This document shows positions 39,334 to 53,058 of a stretch of 64,000 nt of DNA, piece by piece. Source of the stretch: Gekko japonicus (lineage: Eukaryota); contig NW_015161415.1 of assembly GCF_001447785.1 (NCBI RefSeq), positions 208,266 to 272,265 on the forward strand. The letters are read 5' to 3'. A program made the translations under genes and the position numbers. Position 1 is the stretch's first letter. Each line of letters opens with the position of its first letter. Below the pieces are notes generated by a model that was not told where the DNA came from, made no database searches, and saw only the letters and a list, made by a program, of their open reading frames with translations.

Positions 39334-39540
39334 CAATGCTCCCTCTAAGCTGTGGAATCTTGTGAGCAAAAAATCTACTTTGTGAGCTACTGGCATTAAA
39401 GTTTTGAGGAAGCAATTTGGCGACTGCATAAATTAGTTTGCTCCGGGGACCATCCTTCCTGAGTTAAGACAAAAATGTGTTAGCCAGAGGCTTAAAAACT
39501 GTGAACTAGCTCACACTAACTCAGCTTAGAGGGAACACTG
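39334..39540 (-). mobile_element. hAT MITE family A, copy 2
   Basis: TIRs CAGTGTTCCCTCTAAGCTG; 8-bp TSD GTTATAAT. Confidence 0.9.
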
Positions 39541-39969
39541 GTTATAATTGTTTTTATTGTCTTTTTATAATTTTATTTATATTCTAAGCCACCTTAAGTC
39601 CCACAAGGAAGGTGGCTAATAAATGTTTTAAATAAATATCAATAGGTAAATTGTCTGACATGTTCAATAAAATTTACAGCCCTTGCTGAGGAAGCCAAGT
39701 TACCATAAAGTTTTCCCACCATGTAACACCATGGCAGTTTGTGCAAAGATCAGTGGGAAGGGAGAGATATGATGATCTTCATTGATACCTGGTTGTGTTT
39801 TAAAGGGGATGAGTGTACTAGGGTTGGAGACACAGGGATTTTAACCATCAACACACACTTGACAGAACCTTTTCACTGTTGGATAATCTGGACACAGCAT
39901 CTGTGTGCATGGGTGGTATGGTGTACTTGGTCAAATGCAATGGCTGTGCTGTTGACATAAGATTACAAC

Positions 39970-40228
39970 GGGCCGAGCGCCGAAGAATAGATTCTTTTGA
40001 ACTATGGTGCTGGAGAAGACTCTTGAGAGTCCCTTGGACTGCAAAAAGATCAAATCAGTCAATCCTAAAAGAAATCAACCCTGACTGTTCCCTGGAAGGC
40101 CAGATAATGAAACTGAAGCTCAAATACTTTGGCCACCAAATGAGAAGGGAGCACTCACTGGAGAAGACCCTGATGCTGGGAAAGATTGAAGGTCAAAGAA
40201 GACGGGGACGGCAAAGGATGAGATGGTT
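39970..40228 (+). mobile_element. BovB fragment lacking 3' tail
   Basis: AERRRIDSFELWCWRRLLRVPWTAKRSNQSILKEI...RQRMRW. Confidence 0.92.
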
Positions 40229-40846
40229 TTTACAGGATAAGTTTTTTTAGCATTATTATTGATGGGTAAATTCAAGATTAAAATCATCAGTTCAATAAAG
40301 GAACCAAACAACAAGCGACAGTTTGAACATCACAGCTAACTACAGTTATCATACAGCATGGAAAGGAATAAGAAAATGAGCCTGAGAAGAGAGGGATACA
40401 AGAGCATGACCCCATGAAGGTGCACCCAGTTGCCAAACCACAGTTCGGTGACTGGCTCTGTCATATCTGAACAGAGACAGTATCTAACTAGCAGAGAAGA
40501 CTAATGAAGACCTTGAGCTATAAATCAGATTGAAATCTTGCCTCTGCTGAGAACTTGCTGGGTAGAATTACAGAAGCCAGTCTCAGTCCTAATCCCTGCT
40601 ATATGAGAATAATAATACTTACTTGTTTTATATATATATATACTTACTTATATTATGGGTTTATAGTAAGTATTAGAAGAAGATAGCCTGAGAAAAACTT
40701 TATTTTACAACGTAGACACCTTTATAAATATGACTAAAATACAGTCCATTCTACATAAATAAAAATTTTAAAAATTAAATTATGTTCTGTTTTAATCGCC
40801 AACTGTATAATATTTAGTATTATTATTTTGCATGTTTCTTTTCAAG

Positions 40847-41049
40847 CCACCCTAAGAAGAATTGACTTGACTGGAAACAATATAGAAGAAATTGAAGATG
40901 GGACTTTTGCAAAGCTAACATTATTAGAAGAACTTTCACTTGCTGAAAATAGGCTGCTCAAGCTTCCAGTTTTGCCTCCAAAGCTAACTACCTTTAATGC
41001 AAACCATAACAGAATTAAAAGCAGAGGAGTTAAAGCAAATGCTTTCAAG
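40847..41049 (+). CDS. OGN: Osteoglycin coding exon 4 (LRRs)
   Basis: [47 protein letters not shown]...KANAFK. AG/GT boundaries; phase 1 to 0. Confidence 0.96.
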
Positions 41050-41989
41050 GTAACAGAAGTATGGTTACAATTAATTATGCAAGACAGCAGTTTATCCCTC
41101 AGTACTGAATAGTCAATATCACTGTAAGTCTTAATTATTTCAATGGAATCTGCCTTTAAGTAACTACACCTCAGTTTGAACTCTTCACCAAAGGGAAATA
41201 TTACAGGTCAGGGGTATCTTCCAGTTAAGTCCATTACTATCTATAGTAATAGGTAAAATTCCTGTGGTGGGGGTGGAAAGTACATATTGGAATATCAAAA
41301 TAAAGATAAGCTTAGCCTGCAGCTTACGATGTGGTATGCAAGTAAAAGTTTTTAAAAATCCATCAGATAGGTCCAAGCCTTTCACTATGTCTAAATTAGA
41401 TCACTGGATCCCAATTTGTATGAGTTGCCTTATTTATTCACCATTTTATTTTTTCCATCCTGTGCAAGTTATTGGCTCCTTTACTTCCCTTTTCCTGCTT
41501 CTGAGTCCTACATATACTCCTTCCTAAACCTGAAGCATCCTTCCAGTTTCCATCCTTTTCAAAACCTACTTTTTGCAAAATCTTCCCAAGCCAGCACAGC
41601 CTAACCTTTTCTAAAATTTCTTTCTCACGTTCATTTAAAGTCTAAACTTGTTCAGTGAGGCTTACTCCCAACTGAATGGAAATAGGATCGCAGCCCTAAC
41701 ATATAAATGGTATAAGTAGAGAGCATGATGCTTCCATTATCTACCACGTTTGCATTGGTCCACCATGAAGTGCTGAATAATAGCTTCGAGGAATATTGCT
41801 ATGGCACTACTATGGACACTTAAGGATCTTCACTGGTAGGAATTTTTAACACTTTATAAGGCAATGAAAGTCTCTAAAAAATTACTCATGTGCCTGTTGT
41901 GAAAACTTTCTGTCCTATTACTGAACTTTGCTGTATATTATGTTTAAATACCAAGGAATGGAAATATACCTTTAACTCAGCCAACCTAG

Positions 41990-42360
41990 CTCCCTAGATC
42001 CACGCCATGGTAGCATCAAATGCAAAGCACTCTATATGCCACCATTCTACAGTCACTCCTTTGGATGACGATCAGCTATCAGGCTCACTTCAAGGTACTG
42101 GCTATCACATACAAAGCCCTTCTCTGCCTTAGACCTTCCTATCTGCACGACCCCTTCTCCTCCTATGTCCTGCCACAACAACTTCACTCATCTGAGCAGG
42201 ACCTTCTGCAGGTGTCATCCTGCAAATGGACAAGATCAACAACTACACATACATGTGCCTTCTCTATGTTGTGGAATGGCCTGCTTGAGGAGGTCAGGAA
42301 GGTCCTCACACTTCTTGCTTTCTGCGATGAAAAACCGAATTGTTCAGGAGGGCATTTTTA
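41990..42360 (+). mobile_element. L2 3' fragment (similar fragments at 38750-39000, 47030-47490, 55800-56400, 62160-62340; minus strand 50540-50940)
   Basis: FKVLAITYKAL and LWNGL motifs. Confidence 0.7.
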
Positions 42361-42891
42361 TAAAGGTAGCAGAGCTATATTATAATGCAACAGTTCAAGA
42401 AGGTTGCATTATAATATAAAGGGAGAAAGACGACTGGGTATAGTACATAAATTTGTTTCCTGCACATTTTATCTTACTTTCATGACATTGTTTTCTATCT
42501 AAACAATTCCATTTTTGCACTGTTAACGTAACATTCCTAATACGCTTTGTTTCATATTTCTGTAAACCTACTCCTATTACTGTGCTTGTCAGATGTCTTA
42601 GTCTATTGATTGCACTGACTTACATTGTGTAACCTGCCTTGAGTGTCAATAAGAAAGGTGGAGTATAAATAATGTAAATAATAGATTTACTTTTACATAA
42701 CATAGACTACTGCTCAAAAGGTTGAGAAGGTAACCTGATAAGGCAATTAACAGACGTATGATTCTTGTTAATAGACTGCAGACTCGCTACACAAAAAAGT
42801 AGATATCTTAGTTAAAAGCAATCTTTCAAAATAATCCAGAAACAGCCTCCATAATTTTCTTCCTTCTATCTCTCCACTTTTTTTCTTACAG

Positions 42892-42987
42892 AGGCTGACC
42901 AATTTATCATACCTCTACCTAGCACACAACGCACTGGAATCTGTTCCCCTTAACTTGCCAGAGAGTCTGCGTATTCTGCATCTTCAG
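42892..42987 (+). CDS. OGN: Osteoglycin coding exon 5
   Basis: [32 protein letters not shown], 96 nt. Strong pyrimidine tract plus AG; donor CAG|GTCTCA. Confidence 0.94.
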
Positions 42988-44049
42988 GTCTCAAAACTCC
43001 TTTCTTTAATTGCTGTTGTGCAACACAAACCAATGCCATTGTAAATTACTTTAAAAAAAATGTTTTACCAGTTTTTCTAACTATACAAAATGTCACAGTA
43101 CAGGAAATTCACCATTACCCAGAAAAAATATATTAATGCAGAGTATAGACAAAAGATTCACAGATTTTGGGTGAATCCAGACTAAGGCACAAGGATTGCA
43201 ACCCATGGAGATTGATTTTTCCTACCTACCTCCTCCCACAGCAGCCTCAAATGTTTCCCCAGTCTCGTCTCAGGGGGGGGGGGATTCCTCTTCCCCAAGA
43301 ACAGGATTCCAGGGGGATTTCAGGAGGGGTAAGGCAGGAAAATCACACTCTGTGGGCAGAAACTCATATACGCATGGAAACATCTAGTCTAGATACAAGC
43401 CTTAGATTAAGACACATGAAATTGTCCCAGTGTAGTATTAGAGAACTATGCTCTGTTTTTGAACTAATATTTATACATATTAAGTACATATTACTTTGTT
43501 GTGGCAAAGGCAGGTGTCCGAAATCCAAGGTAAGTACATCCATAACCTTCAATGGGTAATATATGGGATTGGATCCACCAGAGGATTTCTGCAGATGGAA
43601 GGGTATTATTTGTGCTGACGCCTCCATCATACTGTTCCCAGGAGATCCCATCTCCCAGGAACAGCATTCAGTAAACATTTGGGGCGGCAGTGGAAAGAAA
43701 GCAAAGAAGTCATACTCTGCAGCTAGATATCCCAAGGAAATACATGTTTTATTAGGAACTCCTATCTGTAGTCTATAACAGTTTGCAAATGTACAAGAAA
43801 GATGCTTCCTCATCTACATGTAAATTAAAAAAAATTCAGGATACCACACTGGAACAATTTAGTAGATAGTGTGTGAGAACAGTTACCGCAAAGCCATGCA
43901 TTTGTTAGAAGGTTATGGAAACAAACCATACTCTGTAGTATGTGTTTGCATACCTCTTTACAAAAATATTAATTTATGTTACTCAAAAAACACGTCTTAA
44001 TTAAGTTTGGATAGTCACCGTTTTCAAATTCACTCTTTTGGTTTTACAG

Positions 44050-44220
44050 TATAACAATATAACGAGCATCTCAGATGACACCTTCTGCAAAAACAACAAT
44101 ACACGTTATGTTCGTAATCGCATGGATGAGATACGAATGGAAGGGAACCCAGTCATCTTGGGAAAGTACCCCAACGCGTTTATGTGCTTGAAAATGCTGC
44201 CTATAGGTTCTTGGTTTTAA
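44050..44220 (+). CDS. OGN: Osteoglycin last coding exon
   Basis: [56 protein letters not shown]. Total CDS 921 nt = 306 aa plus stop. Confidence 0.96.
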   Translation, partial: YNNITSISDDTFCKNNNTRYVRNRMDEIRMEGNPVILGKYPNAFMCLKMLPIGSWF

Positions 44221-45198
44221 ATTGCTAATGAAACTGGAAGTGGTAAAAAGTAGGTAAAGATGGCAATTATACCACTGTTTTAATGTATCTCCATGTTAGT
44301 ACCTTCCTACACATATTCAGACCTTTTAGCAGTTATAATGTATTTAGTTCTACCTTAAGGAACTGGGCAAAGTTACACCTTTTGATTTAATAAGCTTGAG
44401 CCTTTTTATTTCTATAACATAGATTCAACATGAGACCAGTAAAAATATTCTTTATGCATCAGAGCCAACCCTTTTCATGTGAACAAGAAAAAAATCATGT
44501 TAGCACTGCAAGAGGAATAGTTTGATCATTCGATAGATCCGTTGTATTCTTATAAGTCTAACAGTACACTTGCATGATGTAGGAAGCAAACAGTGCAAAT
44601 ATAGGAAAATACAGGGAGCTGAAATTGCTGAACTAAAGAAAGTCTTTGTTATTTTGTTGCCAATGCAAAGAATCTGTACTTAGTATACTACTGTTTTATA
44701 GTGGGCAGGTCCACAAACGGTAGTAAGGGATACCAGCAGGGGGATGAGAAGACACACACATAAACCTTCTTCTGTGTAATTAGTAATTTTCCAAAATGTT
44801 GGTGGTAACATCACTGTGATTGCATTAAAGAAGGAGGAAGACAGTTGTGAGCCAATCACTATTGAAGGTTCAGTTATGTCAGGCTAGACATGGAGTAGCA
44901 CTGGAAAGGGGGGCAGGTATAAGAATTACGGGAACACAGAAATGACATATATAGGAGCTAATGTGAAAGGTAAAGGATGGGGAGGGAAGAAGCAACACAG
45001 ACAATTATGAACTAGAAAGCTATATCCAATTAATGTTCTAGTGATGGGTGCATGGGGCAGAACATCTAAACATTTAAGAGGGAATACAGTGATCCTGATC
45101 CTACTGAAAGTCAGCAAGGGATATTTATTATCCTTGCAAATACAATGGCATTATTAAGATTCATATTTCTGTTTAACACCAATCAAATTAACTACTGA

Positions 45199-45204
45199 AA
45201 TAAA
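45199..45204 (+). terminator. Candidate OGN polyadenylation signal (another at 45770-45775)
   Basis: AATAAA hexamers 1.0 and 1.55 kb after the OGN stop. Confidence 0.3.
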
Positions 45205-46548
45205 ACAGATCAACAAGTCATAGACATGGAAAACGCTCAGCTTCAAAGACTTTTCATTATATGGTTATCAGAAAGGTGATAAACCCAAAACATTCCTCTT
45301 CACAACTCATCACAAAACAACTGGATTATGCTACACTTCAACAAGGACATCTCAAAAAGTTCTTCAAGTCCATTTAGAATGGATAGATCTTCTGAAAAGG
45401 AGAGCTAGCCATTTAAGAAACACTGAGTACATCCTTTAGAAGTTTAAATAGTACTTAACACTAGGCTACGATCGTACGCACTTACCTGAAAATCCCGTTA
45501 ATTGTTCCCAAGTAATCATGTTGTCTACAAAGTCACCTTTGTGAGACTTTTACTGCAGATATGATATACCTTTCCTTTAACAACACTATTTTGATCTCGG
45601 TTATGATGAACAGCCTGAATTGAATCAGCTTCAGACTGATTGTTGATATGGTCACTTAGGGAATTACTCAACAAATCAAGTTCAGTACAAACGTAAGTCA
45701 GTTTCACCACAATAGTCAAAGTGCTTTTGCCTGCAGTCCCAAGTCTTCTTCAGAAACAACGTATTTGTCAATAAATTATGATCATGCTCACTCTCTTTCT
45801 ATATGTTTGATTAGGCATTGGAGACTATTCTACAACCTATGACATTATGATGTAACTATGCTACTTTAATAATATTATGTATCAGACCTCAGTTACATGA
45901 TGATTTTATATGATGTGAAAACTTAAAATATTACTGTCTGACTTTTAGTTTTGCTAGCATTTTTTGTTTTGTTTTTGTCATTATCTAGAACGCTAAATGC
46001 CTGACAAAACAAGCTGTCATAGGAAAAAAGAGTCAGGCTTTTCTGTCCCCTTTGTAAGTGTCTTGTCTTATTTGGCTGGCTATGATAGTGAAGTTTTGTT
46101 TCTATTAGCTTTCCCTTGCCAAAAGAATGGTAGCGCTTTGTTCTGTCACCCATCACCTTTTTCTATTTTTGCTGCTCACCTTTCAACCTACTGGAAATTT
46201 ATGAATTCACACCACCTTCTTCCTCCTCTTTTCATATAAACTAACTTCACATGATTGCCCATTTTACCAATTCCACCATGATACACTAAAACCATTGAGG
46301 TGCCTTCAGGGAAATCAGCAACAAGTCATAACAAAACTCTCAGACACTAATCTGAGGATGATCCCAAAGTGGGATGGTTTGCCAAGTATTTCCCACAGCT
46401 CATACCAGAATACCATGTTGATCTCTTGTGGTAGAGGATAATTGGGTCTAGAAGCTTAGACCTTTCAGGCTATAAGTCTACAACTCAAGCCTGTGACATT
46501 ACTCAAAGTTGTCCACTTTCTTTTTGAATTAATTGTTATTCTTGCAAG

Positions 46549-46721
46549 CAGGGCTGTTTTTCTGGGGGAACGCACTGGAACAGAGTTCTGGAACCTCTTC
46601 GACAAAATTATTTTTTAAATGTTTAAAAGTTCATGAGTTTTCAGTATACAGATTGAAAACTTAATTTCCCTCTTGAGAGTTCTGGCACCTCTTTTTCAAA
46701 AAATAAAAATAAAAAGCCCTA
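46549..46721 (+). mobile_element. hAT-like MITE family B (second copy at 54020-54190)
   Basis: CAGGGCTGTTTT...AAAAAGCCCT ends; near-perfect 8-bp TSD (C/T)TTGCAAG; interior shared with 54020-54190. Confidence 0.75.
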
Positions 46722-48508
46722 TTTGCAAGCATTCTTACATTCTACAGTTCCCAGATCTGACTGGCTCTTCACTCCAGAATCCTGCTATTGATTGCTTTCT
46801 GCTCCAGATCAGTCACCCAAGACTTCCTTGTATCCCATATTCCTGTCCTTGCAGTAATAAAAGACACAGAACTCTTCCTTTTAAACCAAACTACACAAGC
46901 ACATGAGCTACCTTATACTGTCAGACCATTGGTATAGCAAGGTCAGTATTGTCTACTGTGACCGACAGGATCTCAGGCAAAGGTCTTTCACGTGACCTAC
47001 ACTCCAATACATCAGCTATGACCATTTCTCAAAAGTGTGACCTGACTATGGTCATCTATATTCTGATAGCATTCAAGTTAAATTATTGCAATGTGTGTTA
47101 CATGGAGCTGCTTTTTAAACTCCATCTGGTCCAAAATGCAGCAGACAGGCTACTGTCGGGGCAGGGAGCAGGGATCATATCACCCATGTGCTGAAAAATC
47201 TGCACTGGCTGCCTGTTTGTTTCCAGGCACAATTGAAAGTGTTGGATTACTAGCAGACAACTGGAGGACTGGACTGTATGGGAGGAGGTGGTCTTTCAAG
47301 TAAAGATTCTCTTCACAAACCCTGTTTTCTGCATCCCTGCTTGCAGAGGTGAGGTGGGAAGCAACCAGAGAAGTGGATTTTTCTGTGGTGGCAGACAACC
47401 CACCTGAGAAATGCCCTTCCTCTTAAAGTTCACCTGGTGCCTGCTCTTTTTTAGGCATCAGGCCAAAACATTTCTTTTTACCCTGGCTTTTAATTTAGAG
47501 TTTGTTTTTTTTAAATAAACTTTTTTTACAGCCTACTTATTTACTGTTATGACCAGCTTTTCCCCCCAATAGGGGCCTAAAGTGGCTTACATCATTAACT
47601 GTCCACTTTTCTATTTTATCCTTATAACAGCCACTCTGTGTAGAACACTAGGCTGAGTGAGTGTCTGGTCCAAATTTACGGAACAGGTTTCTGTGGAAAA
47701 GTAGGAATACAAAACTGGGTAACCCAGATTCTAGTACAACATTCTTACCATTACACAATGCTACTTCTAGGCTGCAGATTGTTATATGAGAAGAATTATA
47801 GGCTTCTAAACATTATGCTTTGTATTGGCTGGGTTTCTAATAGCTTGTTAATTTTAATTATTTCATGCTTTTTAATGATTTTATCATGTTTTGTTTTGTA
47901 AGCCACCTCAAGCAAGGTCCCTGGAGTGGCAGCATATCAATTTTCTAAACAAATACCCATGAATGTGTCATGTGAGCAGGGCTATAATGCCAGTAGTAAT
48001 ATTCTCCAATAGTCCAGGAGAAGATAGCATCCAGCTTAATTTAAAAAACATACTCCTTTTCATTATGTTCTTGACCAAATTGTCGATCACTTACATCGTC
48101 ATAACATTCTCCTACAATATCTGTAGGTAAGCTGTTTTACTCCTTCTCATCTCTGCTATGTTATAGATGATCTTTTCAAAAGATACCCACCAATTAGCAA
48201 TATTTTTATTTTATACACATTTTTACTTCATATAATTGTAGATAGTGAGAGGATCCAACTCCCAGCCAAGATGATCGTAAAACGTTTTGAAGCACCAAGT
48301 CATTCTACAAACAGCACAAAATCTAGCATGTGTAAATTTGTTACTGTTTTACCCAAAACTCTGCACACAATTATGCAATGGAATGCACTAAATCAATCAA
48401 CATTACAAAAACAGATGCATCAAAGTTCATTCTTTTTGCTTATTTCATAATTCCGCCAATAACATTGTAATAGGAAGCTTTAGAGAATGTAAGATTTGAA
48501 CACACTAC

Positions 48509-48605
48509 CTTGAAATGGGATAGAGTACATTTCCGATATTCACACCACTCAGAAAAACAGGAGAGGCTTTTGAAAAACAGCAAAAGATTTCCACTCTCTT
48601 CAACT
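48509..48605 (-). CDS. CENPP: Centromere protein P internal exon (probably exon 5), followed by the giant intron hosting OGN and OMD
   Basis: gttttccAG|A GTT GAA...AAG|GTAGTG encodes VEESGNLLLFFKSLSCFSEWCEYRKCTLSHFK (compare recalled human AEERKDLFMFFRSLHFFVEWFEYRKRTFKHLK). 97 nt, phase 2 to 0, in frame with the previous exon. Confidence 0.93.
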
Positions 48606-49224
48606 CTGGAAAACAATGTATAAAGTTTTGGGGTAAATAATAAATCTTTCTTTGGTGCACACTTCTTTCTAGATTATACAGAATTTCTATTGGAATGAAC
48701 CTTCCGCATAATTAGATTACTGTACAATAAAATAGCATTTGGTTCTCAGAAGTGGTAACTATCAGGGCTGGATTTTTGTGGAGGATTCCATCTTGGAAGG
48801 CCTGATGAGCTTCCTTTCCCATACTACAATGCTTATATGGCCAGATTTTTAAAGGATCTACATACAGTCTCCCCAGTCATTACGCATAGGCTTCCTCTAT
48901 CAAACTCTTGCCACTGAAGAGGAAATTAGTGGAATATCAGTTATGCAGTTGGTGCACACTTTGGCTGATTGTGCCAAAAGGCCCTTGACCTCAAAATTCA
49001 ACAAGTATCTTTATTTCAGCATCTCAGTAATTACAGGATTTGTTTAAAGCTAGAATCTTCTGCTCAGCACAACAAATGAGGGCCTCAGAGTTAAAAGCAC
49101 CTCATTTATCAGACACATTTACCACAAATACCAGCAAATGCAATGCTTTCAAAATCACAACCCTACAAGTTTTATCATACCCTTCCAACAGTTCTCTCCC
49201 ATTGTTTTAGACAAGTAAGACACA

Positions 49225-49955
49225 GGTGCTCCGTTTGATCTGGTGTCGTGACGGTTCAACAACAGAAACGGATTTTATCTGCACGATCACACAGTCAACA
49301 TCTGCCTCCCATCCCCAGCCATTAGTTTCCGGCTCAAAACCACTTTAACCGGAGTATTTTGTTACCAGGTCCCAAAGTGGTGTTTTCTCAGCTCTCCCAT
49401 TTAAAACTACATTTTCCCCCTAGGTGATCGCTCCTCCGGTGTCAAACCACTTCCGGTTTAAACCCCCTCCCCGCTCGAAAGCTGCCCGAGGCTTCCGCTT
49501 TTTGCCCGCCATTTTTTTTAATGCATTGGCGGTGTGTGCATAGGAGGAGCTCTGCCACTGGATTTAGAAAACCGGCATTTAAACGGTCACTTGTTTTAGC
49601 GTTTAGATGAGTTCGGGATCTCATGGAGGCCATTTTCAGGTCAAACGTTTAAAGGAAAGTTTTTGTTGGAGGGGTTGTATTGATTTGCCCTGGTGGTTCT
49701 GCGCATGCGCCATGGTAGTTTTGCCCCCCCCATTCTACGGATGAGTGCCTATGTGCATGCACAAACTGAGAAAAAAAATTAAAAAGCCGTCGACACACGC
49801 TCCTGCGCATCAGTAGTGTAGATAGTGGGGGGCGCTGCGACTGCACAGTAAAGTGGGATAAGGGAGGTAAGTGTGATCACAATTATCCAGCAAATATAAT
49901 CCGGTCAGAACTGGAGCAGTTTAACCCGCTCTCAGCATGCCGTCTGACCGCACCC
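49225..49955. mobile_element. CpG-rich MITE-like element related to the 54883 element
   Basis: Right end CGTCTGACCGCACCC (reverse complement GGGTGCGGTCAGACG) resembles the 54883 TIR; left end degraded; abrupt CpG-rich composition. Confidence 0.5.
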
Positions 49956-50947
49956 AGAAACACACATTAAAACATGTGTATAAAGATATAAGTAACTACA
50001 ATTTGGTCTGCGCTTGGCCATACCACTGTTCTTCCTTTGATTAAAACCAATTTGTTTTTCAATTTCTTTATGTTCCTTTCATTAAAATTCCATTTGCTAA
50101 GTTCCACTGCTGGTCAGTCAGAATAAGCCTAGTCGCCAAGGCAAGGTATTACTAAATTAATAGCACTGCAACTTCACATATGAAAAAACCTGTATAAAAT
50201 ACAACCCATGCCATTTTTACCAAGTTTAATAAGCAATTTTTCAGAAATTTATTAAAATGATTTTATTCTGCCTCATAGCTACAGGTTATTGAGCTATTAT
50301 ACAAGAATAATATTATTATATAATCCAATAAAACCATCATATTCAGTAAAACTACCAGCAACAAGTAATAAAAGCAGAGACAGTCAACATTTTAAAAACA
50401 TTTTGGATTAGAAACATATAGGAACACTACACTATAAATCAACATATAATTTAGCAGCAGGTTACAAGCACAAGCAGTTAATCAAAAACAAAAAGCAAAG
50501 CCATAAACAAAGAGGGGGGGGGATGGATGACTAATCACGAAATGCCAGGGAAAATACAAGTTCTCCCAGCTCTTATCAAAGTTTTAGATCCCAGAGAGGC
50601 AGAGACATGACAACAGGGTGAAAGCCTTGTGGCCATCTCCAGTCAATGGGTCTCTGATACGGCTTAGTACTTCAACAGGTTCATACAGGAGGAGGTGATC
50701 CTGCACTGAAATCCCAGGCTTTAAAGGTTAGCATCAGCACTCTGAATTCAGTTTGACAACTAAGTCACAGTTATGGCAGCTTTTTCAGAACTGTTGAGGT
50801 ACATCAACCCTGCTGCAGGTTTCTGCACTAATAGAAGTTTTGGAACAGTTTTTAAAGGTAGACAGAAATCAATCGTAGATGTTATGAGTGTGGTAGAACA
50901 ACCCCTCATTCCCCATGTTACCACAATGAGAACATGTATCACTGCGA

Positions 50948-51153
50948 CAGTGTTCCCTCTAAGCTGAGTTAGTGTGAGCTAGCTCACAGTTTTTTAGCCT
51001 CCGGTTCACACATTTTTGTCTTAGCTCAGGAAGGATGGTTCCAGAGCAAACTAATTTATGCAGTAGCCAAATCGCTCACTCACAACTTTAATGCCAGTAA
51101 CTCTCAAAGCAGAATTTTTGCTCGCAAGACTCCACAGCTTAGAGGGAGCATTG
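50948..51153 (+). mobile_element. hAT MITE family A, copy 3
   Basis: Same TIRs and interior; TSD only partly preserved (GCGA). Confidence 0.88.
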
Positions 51154-52620
51154 GCGACAATATGTTGTTTTTACAAGAAGCAGTTAAATGAATAAACAAA
51201 GATGGTTAAAAAGACACATCCATCTACTGAACACAGTACTCTCTTTCAAAAAGTTATTGCTGAGTTTGTATCCAAGCAGATACATCACACACACAAACAA
51301 CTTATTCAGCTGTAGTAGCAACTGCTATCACCATCCTCCACTCACACCCCACTGATGCGAAATATGTAAGTTCTGCAGTGCTCAATTGAATCCAGATGTG
51401 GACACTACTGATAGACTTAAATCTCAGATGATTACTAGACAAAAGCCAAGTTAAAACTCCTCACAGTACCAAAAAGCAACTTTGGGAAGAATTGTGTAAT
51501 GAGTAGGTTTATTGTGATAATGAAATGCAGGCATATCTAACATGAATTCTCAAAGGGCCATTTCTGAAAATATTTGCACCTTTTACACATTACTTTGGAT
51601 GTGGTAAAGTCATCATGAAATAAACCTATCACATGAATTCTATCAGGTGACAGCTGCCAGAATACAAATGTTTCAGTCTCAGCAGGTACCACATAAAAAT
51701 GAACACATTGGCCTGGATCCATCTACACTAAGAAAATGTCAAAGCACTTGCATTTTCTTAAGGGGCAGCAATTTTTGCTGATTTCTACCCTCTCCCAACC
51801 CACTGCAGATAACCATTATATTGTTCCTGAAGGTCAACTAATCTCCAGGAACAAAATGGGGAGGGGAGCTCAGTGTCCTTCAGTGGGAAGGGGAAACCAG
51901 CAAAAATTGAAGCCCTTCCTTAAGAAAATTTAAGAGCACTTCCTTTTTTTAACTGAATGGTAAAATAAATGTCCTATCACCTTAAAATGAAACAGTAAAT
52001 CATTTTGCATAAACCAGTATTAGCTACCACTTCTCTGAGAGTACGTCTTAAATTTGACAGCTATAACAATGCGTTAGAATGTTTCCAATCTTTTTTATAG
52101 GTGACAGGAACGCATCAGTCATTCTGCACAGCTACTGGCAGAAAACAAACCATCAGTTTGGCTATGAGATATTAGAGCTGAAACAGAACTGAAGGAACCA
52201 ATAGTCAGAAGAGAAGAGCATGGGAGTAGAGCAAGCAATCTGGCATCTTACACTGTAATGATGCCGGACTTTATTTTGCTTACAGTATTGAAACATTATC
52301 TTTGTTTTTATCCTCTTTGTGTAATGGGAGCATGCACTTCGGATTTCCATTTGATTTGATCTGAAAGGATGGGAATAATTATTCCAGGAAAACAATATCT
52401 AAAAAACAAAATTCAAGAACCCTGCCTTCTCTCAACAAATGAATAAAAGCTTATATATATCAAGATGGGAGTAGAAAAGAGAAAGAGTCCAGCAGCACCT
52501 TATAAGCTAACAAAATTTGTGGTAGAGTATGAGCTTTCGTGAATCACTGCTCTTTTCTTCCGATACTGAAGAAATGAGCCAGTGACTCACGAAATTTCAT
52601 CCCCTACCACAAGTTTTGTT

Positions 52621-53058
52621 TGTCTTTTTTATGTGTGGGTATTTTGGAGTGTGTGTGTTTGGAGGCTTGGAAAGCATGGTGACTTCGGGCGACCCTTACT
52701 GGGGGATCGGCTTGATAGCCTTTCTCTGCGTTGTGAGCCCCAATATTCCTTGGAGGTCTCCCTTCCAAGTAGTTACCAGCAGTGTTCCCTTTAAGCTGAG
52801 TTAGTGTGAGCTAGCTCACAGTTTTTTAGCCTCCGGCTCACACATTTTTGTCTCAGCTCAGGAAGGATGGCTCCAGAGCAAGCTAATTCATGCAGTAGCC
52901 AAATCACTCACTCACAACTTTAATGCCAGCAGCTCACAAAGTAGAATTTTTGCTCACAAGACTCCACAGCTTAGCGGGAACATTGGTTACCAGGGTTGGC
53001 CCTGATTAGCTTCCAAGTTCTGATGAGACTGGGCTGGCCTGAGCTATCCAGATGAGGG
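52621..53058 (-). mobile_element. 5S rRNA-derived SINE (others: about 4640-4850 +, 5835-6020 -, 39020-39245 -)
   Basis: Minus strand GGAAGCTAATCAGGG...TACTTGGAAGGGAGACC resembles the 5S internal promoter, followed by a non-5S tail. Confidence 0.7.
52780..52985 (+). mobile_element. hAT MITE family A, copy 4 (inside a 5S-derived SINE)
   Basis: Same TIRs; 8-bp TSD GTTACCAG. Confidence 0.9.
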
